Shown one piece after another: positions 11,677 to 22,085 of a stretch of DNA of 38,245 nt. Positions within the stretch are counted from its first letter, which is position 1. Every line of letters begins with the position of its first letter. The stretch covers positions 1 to 38,245 of the forward strand of contig NW_021835708.1 in assembly GCF_006345805.1 (NCBI RefSeq), given 5' to 3'. This stretch comes from Octopus sinensis. Taxonomy: Eukaryota. The position numbers were made by a program, and so were the translations under genes. The notes under the pieces are model-generated. The model worked only from the letters and a program-made list of their open reading frames with translations. It was not told the origin of the DNA and made no database searches.

Positions 11677-12712
11677 CAGTCCGACCCCAAAATGGGGCAG
11701 ACCCCAGGGGTGGGGCACCCCCGCAATTTGGGGCACTTTATTCCAAAAGTACATTTTGGCAGAAAAAAAATAAAAATCGATAAAAAATTATGGAATTTTT
11801 GGGGCACCATAAAATCATTTATAAGGAATTAAAAATAAAATAAAATTATAATAAATTAATTATTTTTTGTTTTATTTTCAATTTATATTTTTATTGTTGT
11901 GGTTATGGATTACGAAACTAAATTGAAGATTGCTAAAGAAATTTTGAAGAAAAATTTATCTGAGAGGCAACTAATGAAAAGTACAACACAAGTAAAGGAA
12001 CAATATCAAGAATAAAACGAAATATTGTACCTTTCTTGCAACACGGCAATACTATTCTGAGGAATATGACACATTTAAAGCCGATAAAGATAAATTTGAT
12101 GATCAAGTCTTTGAAATATTTCAAAGACTACGCGTAGATAAAATTCCGATTTCAGGCCCTATTTTGAAAAAAATTGCCTTAGTTACAGCTTCAAAAATTG
12201 GATTTACTTCTTTTAAAGCTTCCAATGGGTGGCTTGATAGATTTAAATTGCGGCATGAACTTCAATTCAAGTCAATATGTGGTGAAAAAGCTTCATGTGA
12301 TTCGTGATTCTTATGCAACAAAAAACTGTCTAACAGATGAACATTTAGATCAAGTTGTTAACGAAACAATTGATGGAGAATGCGAAGACATGAACAATAA
12401 TGTTTATGATACATATTCAGAAACCGAAAAAAGTGAAAATGTCGTAGCAAAAACAAAAGATCTGCTTAACAATTTAGAAGAAAAATTTCTAATGTTGCAC
12501 CAAGTATGCTCCGAGATTTTTTTGATTTTCGGCTGAAATTGACGAACAATATCAGACAAAACTCTACAAATAAAAGAAAATAACTGAATATTTTAGTAAA
12601 AATGTTTTTTGATGTTTATTAAAGGTTTAATTTTTAAAAAAATAACAAACCCCTGTTTTTGGGGCACCCCCGCATTTTGGGGCACTTGGTGCCCCATTTG
12701 GGGGTCGGACTG
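11677..12712 (+). mobile_element. pogo/Tigger-like element with the DDE domain deleted
   Basis: TA TSD and ~23-bp TIR CAGTCCGACCCCAAAATGGGGCA (1 mismatch). Internal remnants of an N-terminal HTH (KYNTSKGTISRIK) and a CENP-B-type HTH (IPISGPILKKIA...FKASNGWLDRFKLRH...ICGE). Confidence 0.9.
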
Positions 12713-12745
12713 TATTACAAATCCGATTTTTTTTGTCAGGCACTG

Positions 12746-13312
12746 TATATGTGAGGATATGGAGGTATTTGAGATTATATATTGAATTGAGTAATATATT
12801 CTGCAATTTCGGAAGCTCAAGAGGTGTGAGGATATGGAGGTACTTTAGATTAATTAATAAATTGCGTAAGATATTATTCAATTTTGGGTGGTCCCTAAAT
12901 GTTACGATATGTTGTTGAGATTATGTAATGAATAGCCTCATATATTATTCAATATTTGGAGGTCCCAAGATGTGAGGATATGGAAATACTTGAGATTATG
13001 TAATGAATTGAGTAATATATTCTGCAATTTAGGAGGTCCCTAGATGTGAGGATATTGGGGTACTTGAGATTATGTAATGAATTGTGTAATATATTATGAA
13101 TTTTGGAGACGTCGCTAGAGTTGAGGATATGGTCGTACTTTAGATTATGTAATAAATTGCGTAATATATTAAGCAATTTGGATAGGTCCCTAGGTGTGAG
13201 GATATGGAGGTACTTAGATTATGTATTGAATTTGCGTAATATATAATGCAATTTGGGAGGTCCTTAGATGTGAGGATGTTGGTGTATTTGAGATTATGTA
13301 ATGAATTTAGTA
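12746..13312 (+). repeat. ~7.6 diverged monomers of a 74-75-bp satellite/minisatellite
   Basis: tgtgagg-type anchors at 12750, 12825, 12900, 12971, 13045, 13120, 13195 and 13269. Confidence 0.92.
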
Positions 13313-13611
13313 ATTCCACGCATGTGAAGATCTATAATATTTATTTTTTATTTCTTTAGTAGGCCTATCTTTTACTATCACGTTACATGATTCCATAGTT
13401 TGAGATGTAGGAAGGGTGTACAAGTGTTCGAAAAGGTTAATATATTCGACATTCAGGTGATTGTTTTCTTTAAAAAATAATGTTGATTGATATTACACAC
13501 GTGGAGGCTAAGTAATTTATTTGCTTACTTTTATAATGGGCCTCACATCTTAAAACTTAGTAACTTAATTGCTTGTTTAAGAGGTAGGAAAGGTTTAGTA
13601 GAGTTCAAACA

Positions 13612-13801
13612 AGTTAAGACATCAGGAGTAATCGGTCCGGAAACACTTTCTTTCCTTCGTCGGCTTGAGACAAAGGTCGCCAAGAAAAGTGAAAACCCAA
13701 ACGAGACTCGTCATCTTTTGGAAAGAGTCTTGTTGACGATCGCCAGGGGGAACAGCCAGGCCATCTTATGTGCCGGAAATTCGAAATCGTTAATTATTTA
13801 G
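13612..13801 (+). mobile_element. 3' stub of a CRE-like element (close to the 24.7-27.7 kb family)
   Basis: TSGVIGPETLSFLRRLETKVAKKSENPNETRHLLERVLLTIARGNSQAILCAG closely matches the C-terminus of the 1004-aa ORF. Confidence 0.85.
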
Positions 13802-14186
13802 TATTATTTCAAGGAAATGCCATTGTTAAAAACATTTTTATTCTTGAAATGGTTTTTATCTGTAAATTCCGATAAATTCCGATTTTATATGTAAATTCCA
13901 ATAATTCTACTAACTTCCATTTGAATTACTTAAATATTAGCAATTAGCTTATAAATTATAATTAAAAGGTGTTTACTTAGCAGTTTATGGATTTATATTT
14001 AAGTTAAGTAGTCACTTACGCGGTATCCTTTGATTAAGAAAATTAAATAACTTGCCAAAACATTTTGATCGTCTAGAAAAACATGTTCGATTTTAAGCAC
14101 TAGTAACTGAATTATTTAAGTGGAGGATATTCAAAGAATAGACGCAATATTATTTATATATAAATTTTATAACGAATGAAATTAAT

Positions 14187-14666
14187 ATGTACAAGAAACA
14201 ACTTAAAGAAAAAATATATACTAAAAACAAAAACATTCGAAATGATTTTCATACAAACTTTTATACTGGAATGGAAGAAAGAACACAGATTTCAGTCCGT
14301 GGGAGTGCATCTCTGGCTTTGGCTAGAGAAAATAGGTTTTTTGTAAATGTAAGACCACCTTATTCGTACATCGCATTAATAACAATGGTAATTGAAGCAT
14401 CCCCGCTTGGAATGCTTACGTTGGATGAAATTTATCAATCTATATGTTATCATTTCCCATACTATAAAACTCAAGGAAATAAATGGAAAAACTCGATTAG
14501 GCACAATCTGTCATTGAATGATTGCTTCATAAAAATATCAAAAGCAAAAAATCATTTTTCGAAAAACAGTTATTGGACAATTCACCCACAATGCAAAGAC
14601 ATGTTTTCTGATGGTTCATTTCTAAGAAGACAGAATCGCTTCAAGCAAAAAGACATTGGTGATTGA
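14187..14666 (+). CDS. Forkhead (winged-helix) transcription factor, intronless; start may be the ATG at 14271; subclass not assignable by eye
   Basis: RPPYSYIALITMVI...MLTLDEIYQ...FPYY...WKNSIRHNLSLNDCFIK...SYWTIHP...MFSDGSFLRR. Confidence 0.9.
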   Translation: MYKKQLKEKIYTKNKNIRNDFHTNFYTGMEERTQISVRGSASLALARENRFFVNVRPPYSYIALITMVIEASPLGMLTLDEIYQSICYHFPYYKTQGNKWKNSIRHNLSLNDCFIKISKAKNHFSKNSYWTIHPQCKDMFSDGSFLRRQNRFKQKDIGD

Positions 14667-14904
14667 AACAACTTTTCAATCAAAATTAATCATTTAATCT
14701 ATATTTGATAATAATGTTTGGTTAAATTAAATTTTAATTTTGTGGAGAGAGTGAGTAATACTATCCTAAAAATTGTTTTCCAAGTGTTTAAAATACTAGA
14801 GAGTAGTCTACCTGGCTATACCTGTTAGTGGTTTTTTAGCAAAAATTTTAACTATTTTAGGAGTAAAATTTTCACTCTAGTGTTTGGAATAAAGTTTTTT
14901 TTAC

Positions 14905-15770
14905 CTGTCCTCTCATTCTCCCTCCCGCACTCTCTCAGACATCATTCTTCGAAACCTTCCCGAACGGAAAGTGTCTGCAGATTTTGTCGCGGCAGGTCTC
15001 TTATGGAAGGCCCGGTTTGACTCGAGGCGGCCTGAGTCCGAGGACAACTAGCGCCAGTGGGACGAGATTGTATGTCGGTCTTTGTACGAAAAACTCACTC
15101 CAAAACTTAACCAACATAGGCTCGCCTGCCTTCGTGCTGGCTGTCACTCAGGCAGCGGTACTTGGATTAATGCCTTCCCCCCCTTCAATTGGGAACTTCC
15201 TGGACTCCGAGTGCCTAAGAATCGGCATCTCCTCACGTGTCGGGCTCGAAATCTGTCAGGCACACAAATGTTGCGGAACTGTGGACAAGTTCTGGTTACA
15301 TCCCCCTCCTGCGCCCGCAGTGCAGGCCGCGCTCCTCGCTACGGTGAACTGAACAACATCGTGAAGAGTTCCCTCGAAGCCACCGGGGTTCCGTTCGTCC
15401 ACGAACCTGTTGGTTTGGACAGAGGTGACGGTAAACGCCCTGACGGCTTAACTACATTACCCTTTAAGTAGGGAAAATTCCTTATATGGGATTCCACTTG
15501 CTGTGACACATTCTCCAACGGGAACCTAGCCAGGTCTGCCGTCGACCCAGGCTTTGGGTCCAATAGCGCTGAAAATCTCAAAATCCTGAAATACGGTCAT
15601 CTCTCCAGCTTCGTTTTCACACCCATCGCCGTTGAGACCTCTGGGGTTTTCGGCCGCAAGTCGCTTTGTTTCCTACGCTGAGAGAGTCCTTTTGGCTTCT
15701 TCAACGCCTCTCCATTGCTGTAATCCGCGGCAACTGCTTCGCAATCCGTAAGGCTGGGAGAGCGCCCTAA
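14905..15770 (+). mobile_element. Degraded 3' third of a CRE-like element
   Basis: LNQHRLACLRAG, LDSECLRIGI, CARSAGRAPRYGELNNIV, EPVGLDRGDGKRPDGLT, WDSTCCDTF, AVIRGNC, with frameshifts and a stop. Confidence 0.88.
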
Positions 15771-15894
15771 CCTGCGTAGTCTTAAAGTTTAAGATTGGGG
15801 GCCGTACTTGAGAATCACTGTCTTAAACAATCCTTCTCCCCTTTAATTGTACGCGTTTTTTATCTGTTTTTCATGCGCATCATTGTTAGTAATA

Positions 15895-16012
15895 TGTCAC
15901 ATGCGCTGAGCGTTACCGAGCGCTACGGGTTACCCGAATGGACTTCGAAAAAAATCAAGAAAAAATACTTGAAATTTTATTTTTCAAATTAATATACTTA
16001 ACGCCTGTGACA
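15895..16012. mobile_element. Candidate 118-bp Ginger-type MITE
   Basis: TGTCACATGCGCTGAG vs the reverse complement of the right end, TGTCACAGGCGTTAAG (13/16). Flanks TAATA / TAATG form a 5-bp TSD with one mismatch. The termini resemble the element at 16880. Confidence 0.5.
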
Positions 16013-16464
16013 TAATGAAAACAATAAATATAAAGGTGAGATTCCATAGATGGGTAAACTAAAAGATCAAAATTATCAAGTGCTGTCTGATAGGATAACA
16101 AGTCCGTATCACAAATTTCAGCTCCAGCGTTACCTATTTTCAAATTCCTTGAGTCTAGGCATCCAATATCGATATTTGCTGATTATGGCACATTCGTTTG
16201 GTGGAGGCAAGAATAATATCCATACTTTAGTTCGGAGAAGACTGCCAGCTATTTCTAGACTTATGAAATATTTGAAAAAAGCTTCCAGGGATAATTATGC
16301 TAAAAAATCAGAAAACGTGCACACGGCAGTAATGTTCTGTTGTATTTGTATTGTAGTCGATGTGCTGACTTCGATATAAGGGAGTCAGTAAGACTGATGC
16401 CAAAACTCTAATTAATTTCTTTAATCACTTGGAGGGGATTGCTCAGGCTAGCGTGAAAAAACTC

Positions 16465-16847
16465 AGTTTGTGTAAAAAGTTGAGCCCCACAAAAACTAGC
16501 CAGATTCCTGCTCGTGTGCCTTCCACATGTCCTGTGGCGCAATGACTTAAAGATCCTCGGCGGTCATTTCTGATTGGCATTATCGGGCATTTCTCCAACC
16601 AGATAATACGACAAACTCCTCCCTACGCTACACTTCTAAACATGCCCCACTAGACCATCAGGAAATACTTGAATTGATCTCAAACCTGACACATACACGA
16701 AGACTCCTGATCAGGATTCCCAAAGCTGCCCATATATCTGTCGCGGACTGTCTATGTGAGTGCATTGAAAGGGCTGTTTCTTCGGACGACTCTGAGGATT
16801 GGTTACGACTATTTTGCTTCGCTCCATTCACTATGCATACCCCATAG
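16465..16847 (+). pseudogene. Degraded 5' part (PHD finger plus pre-RT region) of a CRE-like element
   Basis: SCSCAFHMSCGAMT*RSSAVISDWHYRAF aligns to SCKSFFHLSCAGISKLAASTLSKWTCPSC. IRIPKAAHISVADCL...DDSEDWLRLFCFAP aligns to VKIPKAARILSAESL...NDPSSWNHFFCFG. Confidence 0.8.
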
Positions 16848-16879
16848 GAGTGGGAAATGTTGTTTATTCTTACATTGTG

Positions 16880-18127
16880 TGTCACAGGCTGGATAATGCC
16901 CTGGGTTGGATAATACCCCCTTAAAAATTTTATTAAAATCAAACGAAAATAACCTGATAATTAATTAAAAATAACTTAATAATGAAATTAAGTCGATTTG
17001 TTCAATTTTTTATCAATTTTTTGATTGAATGAATTTTTCCAAGAGTCGGCAAAAACCGGCATCACCAATTTTTCCGAATCAATAACGTTTTTTATTATAA
17101 TTATACAATTTTTTAGGTCTACCATTTAAAAACAAATATTAAAAATTCATGAATTTTTATTATATAAAAAATTATTTGGATTTGCAACAATATCATGTCT
17201 CAGTAGGACATTATCTTCTAAGGCTAAATCTTCATTAAATTTTTATTTCCGCCTCCTTTTCATTTTTTCTCCGGCGAAAACATGGCTTTCATACACACTT
17301 TGTTGATTCAAACAATCGTCCTCGTTTTCAAAATAATCGGATCCAATTATCTCCGATTGACTTGATTCAACCGCTTCATTTCCATCGAATGACAATAACG
17401 CCGATCTTATTTCCTCCGGGATTAAATTATTTCCTCGCATAAAAATTTCGAAAGGTGTCCTCTTGGTCGTTTCATGCTTCGCCATGTTATATTTATAAAC
17501 GATTTCTTGATAGAAGTCTTTATAGCTTCCAAAAGACCCATTTGAGGCACTAGTCTAGTTGACATTGTTTCCATACATTTGTTCTTAAATTCTTTCCCAA
17601 ATATCCGTCTGTAGAATAAATGGGGGACCAATCATGTAAAAAATATTCTTTAATTTTCTAGTAATTTACTCCGCTGATTTCCGCCTGGCAAGTTTTACAA
17701 CTGCGAATTTAGAAAATGAGTCTATAACCACAACCAACTACAATTTATACAAAAAGAAATACCCATCCATTATCGTTATTAAGGCTAGCATACCTTCTTA
17801 AATCCACTAAATCTGCAATCGGTCCATATAAAAAACATCTATTTGAATATTTTTGATTGCTTCAAGTTCATCTTTAGTAAGGTTGAGTAAAACCATTTCT
17901 GAAATATAGATTTGATCAATTATACTTATTATTTTTTCAAATTGGAAAACTTAGATAACCAAAATAAATTTGCACGGTAGATTAATTTGAAAAAAACTTT
18001 GATAAATTACTAAAATAATTAAGAAAATCAAAAAATCTAATCAAAATTAATTTGGAAAAATATTTATTTTTTTAAAATAACGTTGAGGGGGCATTATCCA
18101 ACCCAGGGCATTATCCAGCCGGTGACA
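16880..18127 (-). mobile_element. Internally deleted Ginger-like (Ginger2/TDD-type) DNA transposon
   Basis: ~42-bp TIR TGTCACAGGCTGGATAATGCCCTGGGTTGGATAAT... and perfect 5-bp TSD TTGTG. Minus-strand rve integrase remnant IADLVDLRRY...GW|LVVVIDSFSKF...ILQTD..GKEFKN...KHETTKRTPFEIF with a 25-nt intron (17738-17762). Confidence 0.88.
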
Positions 18128-18947
18128 TTGTGTATTCCAAGGCTCTCCAAAGTATCAGATTCCAAGGCTCTCCATGTTTGTCGAAAATTGTCGCGTAGTT
18201 TTGATCTATGTTAAATCACACCATGTCTGAACTAAAGATGGCTGGGAACTGTCTCAAAACAAGCCGTTTTTTGCTTATGTTCGATGAACGTTTTTCTTCG
18301 CAGCCTCATTTTAGGGTATTGAAAGAGTTATTGACCCAGGTTAAATTTGTATTTTGATTTTAAACGTTTTTTACTCCTGCATATCATTCTAAGAGTCAAC
18401 CCTTTTTCGACCACATTTTTGTTTGTCTTCGACAAGGATAGAATTTAGTTCAGAAATTACTAAATCATAGATGAAAAAACGCTCAGTTTGGCCAAAATTA
18501 GCCATTTCTAATATTGCATGTTGCAGGTCTATGTTTTGTTCTGAATCCAATAAAGATTCTCGCGGGTAATTTAAGGAGGAGCGTGCTTTACAGTAACCAT
18601 GCATATGTGTCTTCCAACAAAGTGTGGAGTTTTGTAATATTTAACATTGGAAAATTCTCCGCAGACAAGCTGAAATGAAAGTTAAGGAGAGACTGGCCAG
18701 TAAACAAAAACCCAAATGTCACGGTTTGGCACACATTAGTGATCCAGTTGATGCTATTTTTAAATATATAAGTTTTTTTACATTTTCTGTGTCCCGTTTA
18801 TGGCTGCAGGTTTAAGAGGTTAGCAGGTTAACTAACATCAGTTTTTTCTCCAACTGTTCTCTTAGAAAATGAAAGCATTTTTTGGTTTTTCCTTTATTTG
18901 TCTGTATGAATTTGTCATGTATAGAGAACACAACTCTCACTCTAAAC

Positions 18948-20297
18948 CAGCGGTTCTCAAATGCGGCCCCTCTAGAGTAACTAACTTTTTTAATTTTTTA
19001 ATAATGTTAAAATTTAATTATTTATTGATCGTTCCAAAGATATAACCGAAAATAGTTTCGATTAATTAATATGGCATCACTGCATAATTCACCAGGAAAA
19101 TCTTATCGCCAAGTCCATTAAAATGGAACATGTTTCCAAAAAAGTCGTTAATATCGTTAATTGGATACGCTCAAAAGCGCTCAATCACCGATATTTTAAA
19201 TCTTTTTTGGAAGAAGTTGATGCTGAGTATGGAGATGTTATTTTTCATACTGAAGTGAGGTGGTTAAGTCGTTCGAAATGCCTTAATATTTTATTAAAGG
19301 CTCTATAAATTGCTTCCAGGAATTAAGGAGTTTACCAAAGACAAAGTAATTTTCGATGAACTTTACGATGAAAGATGGATTGCCGATTTGGCTTTTTATG
19401 TTGATTTAACCACGCATTTGTCGGATCTCAATGTTGAATTACAAGGAAAAGGCAAACTCTGTTATCAGTTATATGGATATATTTCTTCGTTTATCGAAAA
19501 ATTATATTTATGGATGACTTCCCTTAAAGAGGGAGATACATCTCATTTTTATTCACTATCTGAAAACAACGAAGGCGCTGCTTATGAAAAATACATATCC
19601 ATAATTGGTGATTTAATTAATCAATTTGAAGCACGTTTTGGGGTACATTTATATAAATTTAATTTTTAGAATTTTAAAGAATTCCTTCCTTTAATGAAAA
19701 TATTCGCAACTCCATTCAGCGTGGAAATTAAGGATGCGCCTGCAAAGTTTCAACTAGAACTCATTAATTTACAACATGATATAGAACTGCGGCATTGTTC
19801 AAAAAAGCGTCCATTATTAATTTTTACGAATTAATTCCTCAAGACAAATTCAAAAATATAACACACAATGCATATATGAATATATCAATGTTTGGATCTA
19901 CTATTTATGCGAATCAATATTTAGTAAAATGATTCGCATAAAAAATAAATATCGTAACAAACTCACGGATAATCACTCGAGTCAGCTTTTACGAACTTCT
20001 TTGACTTTACTTATTCCGGATTTCAAAAACTTAATAAACAAATAATACTTTCTTTTTAGTTACAACGCCTTTTTTTAGATTTTTTAGCTTGTAATTCTTT
20101 ATAAAGGAAATGGAAATTAAAAAAAGAAAAAACAGAGTCCAAAAACTCATTACGCATCAGCAGTGGCTGCACTTCGGATTGCAAGCGAGTTACCGGCTTG
20201 GAAAATATAAAAATATATAAAATATTTTTTGTGCGGCCCGCGAAGCTAATCTTAATTATCGATTTGGCCCTTGAGCTAAAAAGGTTGAGAACCCCTG
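18948..20297 (+). mobile_element. Internally deleted hAT of the Buster/Charlie group (GTF2IRD2/SPIN-like transposase C-terminal half)
   Basis: TIR CAG(C/G)GGTTCTCAA and perfect 8-bp TSD CTCTAAAC. HCIIHQENL, KALNHRYFKSFL, HTEVRWLSR, QLELINLQ. 27-nt intron at 19643-19669. Confidence 0.92.
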
Positions 20298-20408
20298 CTC
20301 TAAACCCTCATGAATATGGCATTATCCAGCGAATCTTTGAAAATTTTTTTCCATCAAAGAAAACATTTAAAATTAAATAACTTAAGCTAGACTATTTAAT
20401 TTAGATTC

Positions 20409-20776
20409 TCAGTCACGACTATTGGAAATTTCTCTCCTCCTTTTAGGAGAAGAGTTTGCAACCAGTTCCTCCTCACTCTCCATCTCCCTGTCAGATAAAC
20501 TTTCTATTTATCTCGTAGCTTTCACCGGCGTGTCACGGCAGCATGCCACTTCTGCAAACTGATAAGTAGCAGAAATGTATTCTTCGGCAGATACTCTCAC
20601 TCCATGTCTGTGTTCAACTACCATGCTTTCTAGAGTCCTTTTTAGAACAACAGACTGAATATAAGTTCTTGTGGCTTATTCAATCGATAATTTGTTTATA
20701 TAGTTTTTGAAGTATCTCGAAACAACGCTATCCCACGTCAAGACAACCGGGATAATCTTTACCTTTGCACCATAAG
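20409..20776 (-). mobile_element. 3' fragment of a different RLE non-LTR retrotransposon (R4/Dong-like C-terminus)
   Basis: YGAKVKIIPVVLTWDSVVSRYFKNYINKLSIE*ATRTYIQSVVLKRTLESM resembles the post-nuclease IIPxVxxxxG...IQxxVL signature; two stops. Family assigned from memory. Confidence 0.6.
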
Positions 20777-21062
20777 TTCGTACTTTCATCAATAACAATA
20801 ATTGTTTGTAAATATATTGATTTTGTTTGGTCTTATTTTTGTTATTGATACATTTTAATGAGAAGCATTTGTTCGGAACATACTTAAGACGTGAACCTCG
20901 AAAGCACACAAGTAAGAGTTCATTAAAGGGCAATGAATGACAAGTCCGAAATAGGCCAGATAACAAATTAAATCTTTAACTTTTTTTATTTTCCTGTTAA
21001 GTTATAGAGAAAAAAGTCCGAAAAGAAGAACATCTCGATCTGCAAGCATTGCTAGAAAACGG

Positions 21063-22085
21063 TTAGATCCCGACCAACCGGATAGTCTGCACGTTGCCAC
21101 GCACGATTGCAAGCGAAAACCTCTGTCTTGCCCAAGAGGATTCGCACGCCCGGAGGCTAACCGTTTTTTATTTTCCTTCAAAGAGGCCGACATCTGTCAG
21201 GAATTTTGTTGTTTGCGGCCCGGAGGCTCTAGAGGTTTGAATGGCAGACCAACTGGTTCGAATACATTCGGGAAACGGAACCATTGAATGCTTGGGAGAT
21301 TATGTCATTGAGTGTTCTTCTTACACTGTTGAAAGCTGTGCTTAAATTGAACTTCACAGCTGTGTGGGGGAGATAAGTGGTCCATTAAAAAAGAAAAGAC
21401 TTTTGGGAGCCTGAACTGCGGCTTCACAATCGTTAGCGATTCTTACTCTCAGTTAGCAAGGAGAATAGTTAGGGCTGAAACAAGGCATACACTCCTTGCT
21501 GCCAATTTAGCAATCAGGCGCCAGAAGTAGTTCCCAACTGCTATAGGGCGGATTCCGCCGTTCTTTATTCGGAATGCAAGTAGATGTGCCAGGATGAGCA
21601 TGTTCCTCACAATGCGGGGTATCTCACAGCTCAATATCGTACTAACTAAAACGGCTATACCGGATATCAGGGTATTGCCTGCCTCTCCAGTTGAGAGAGA
21701 GATGAGGTCATTCATATGGCCCGGACGTAAGCCATCGAGTTCACTGTAGCAGCTTTTCCCAAATAACTGGATTGAAATTCTGATTTTTTCTTCTGAGAGG
21801 TTGAGGGTGGAGGGCACAGATGGACGGGCAATTAAGAGGTCGTACATTCGGAGGGGGGTCTGGGTGTTTTGATCTCAGATTGGTAATGACACGTTCAATC
21901 CATCTCGTCTCGCTTCCATACGGTTCGGAGAGTTGTCTTGTGTATAGGAATGAGATCATCCGTTCGCAGACTAGCGTGCAACAAGGTGACCCGCTGGAGC
22001 CACTTCTCTTACAAATTGATAAGGCAGCTCCACTTGCTGTCTCTCTTTTCAATCTGTGGTATCTGGATGATGCCACATTAGCTAA
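21063..22085 (-). mobile_element. Scrambled CRE-like element: deleted minus-strand copy plus an inverted internal RT segment
   Basis: Minus strand 21885->21063: KHPDPP...DGLRPGH...GGIRPIAVGN...AFNSVRR / LNDII..EPVGL / LAIVRGN. Plus strand ~21895-22085: LVSLPYG...VQQGDPL...WYLDDATL. Confidence 0.82.

Larger units (their letters stand above)
8924..12745 (-). mobile_element. Tc1-B: second Tc1-family transposon with ~190-bp IR/DR TIRs and three nested insertions, all inside the TIRs
   Basis: TA|CAGTGCCTGACAAAAAAAA at 8924 and TTTTGTCAGGCACTG|TA at 12745. TIR pieces 8924-8956, 10257-10315 and 10536-10632 mirror 11521-11676 and 12715-12745. Inner direct repeat ccggacaaaaaaaatggatt. Confidence 0.92.

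Noticed and set aside
12746-13312. CRISPR array
   Set aside because: Whole ~75-bp units are similar along their length with no unique spacers; eukaryotic context and no cas genes.
14790-14885. Small MITE (actagag...ctctagt)
   Set aside because: The inverted match is only about 7-8 bp and there is no TSD.
18389-18830. Possible gene or piggyBac end
   Set aside because: No TTAA-flanked TIR pair or convincing protein motif found.
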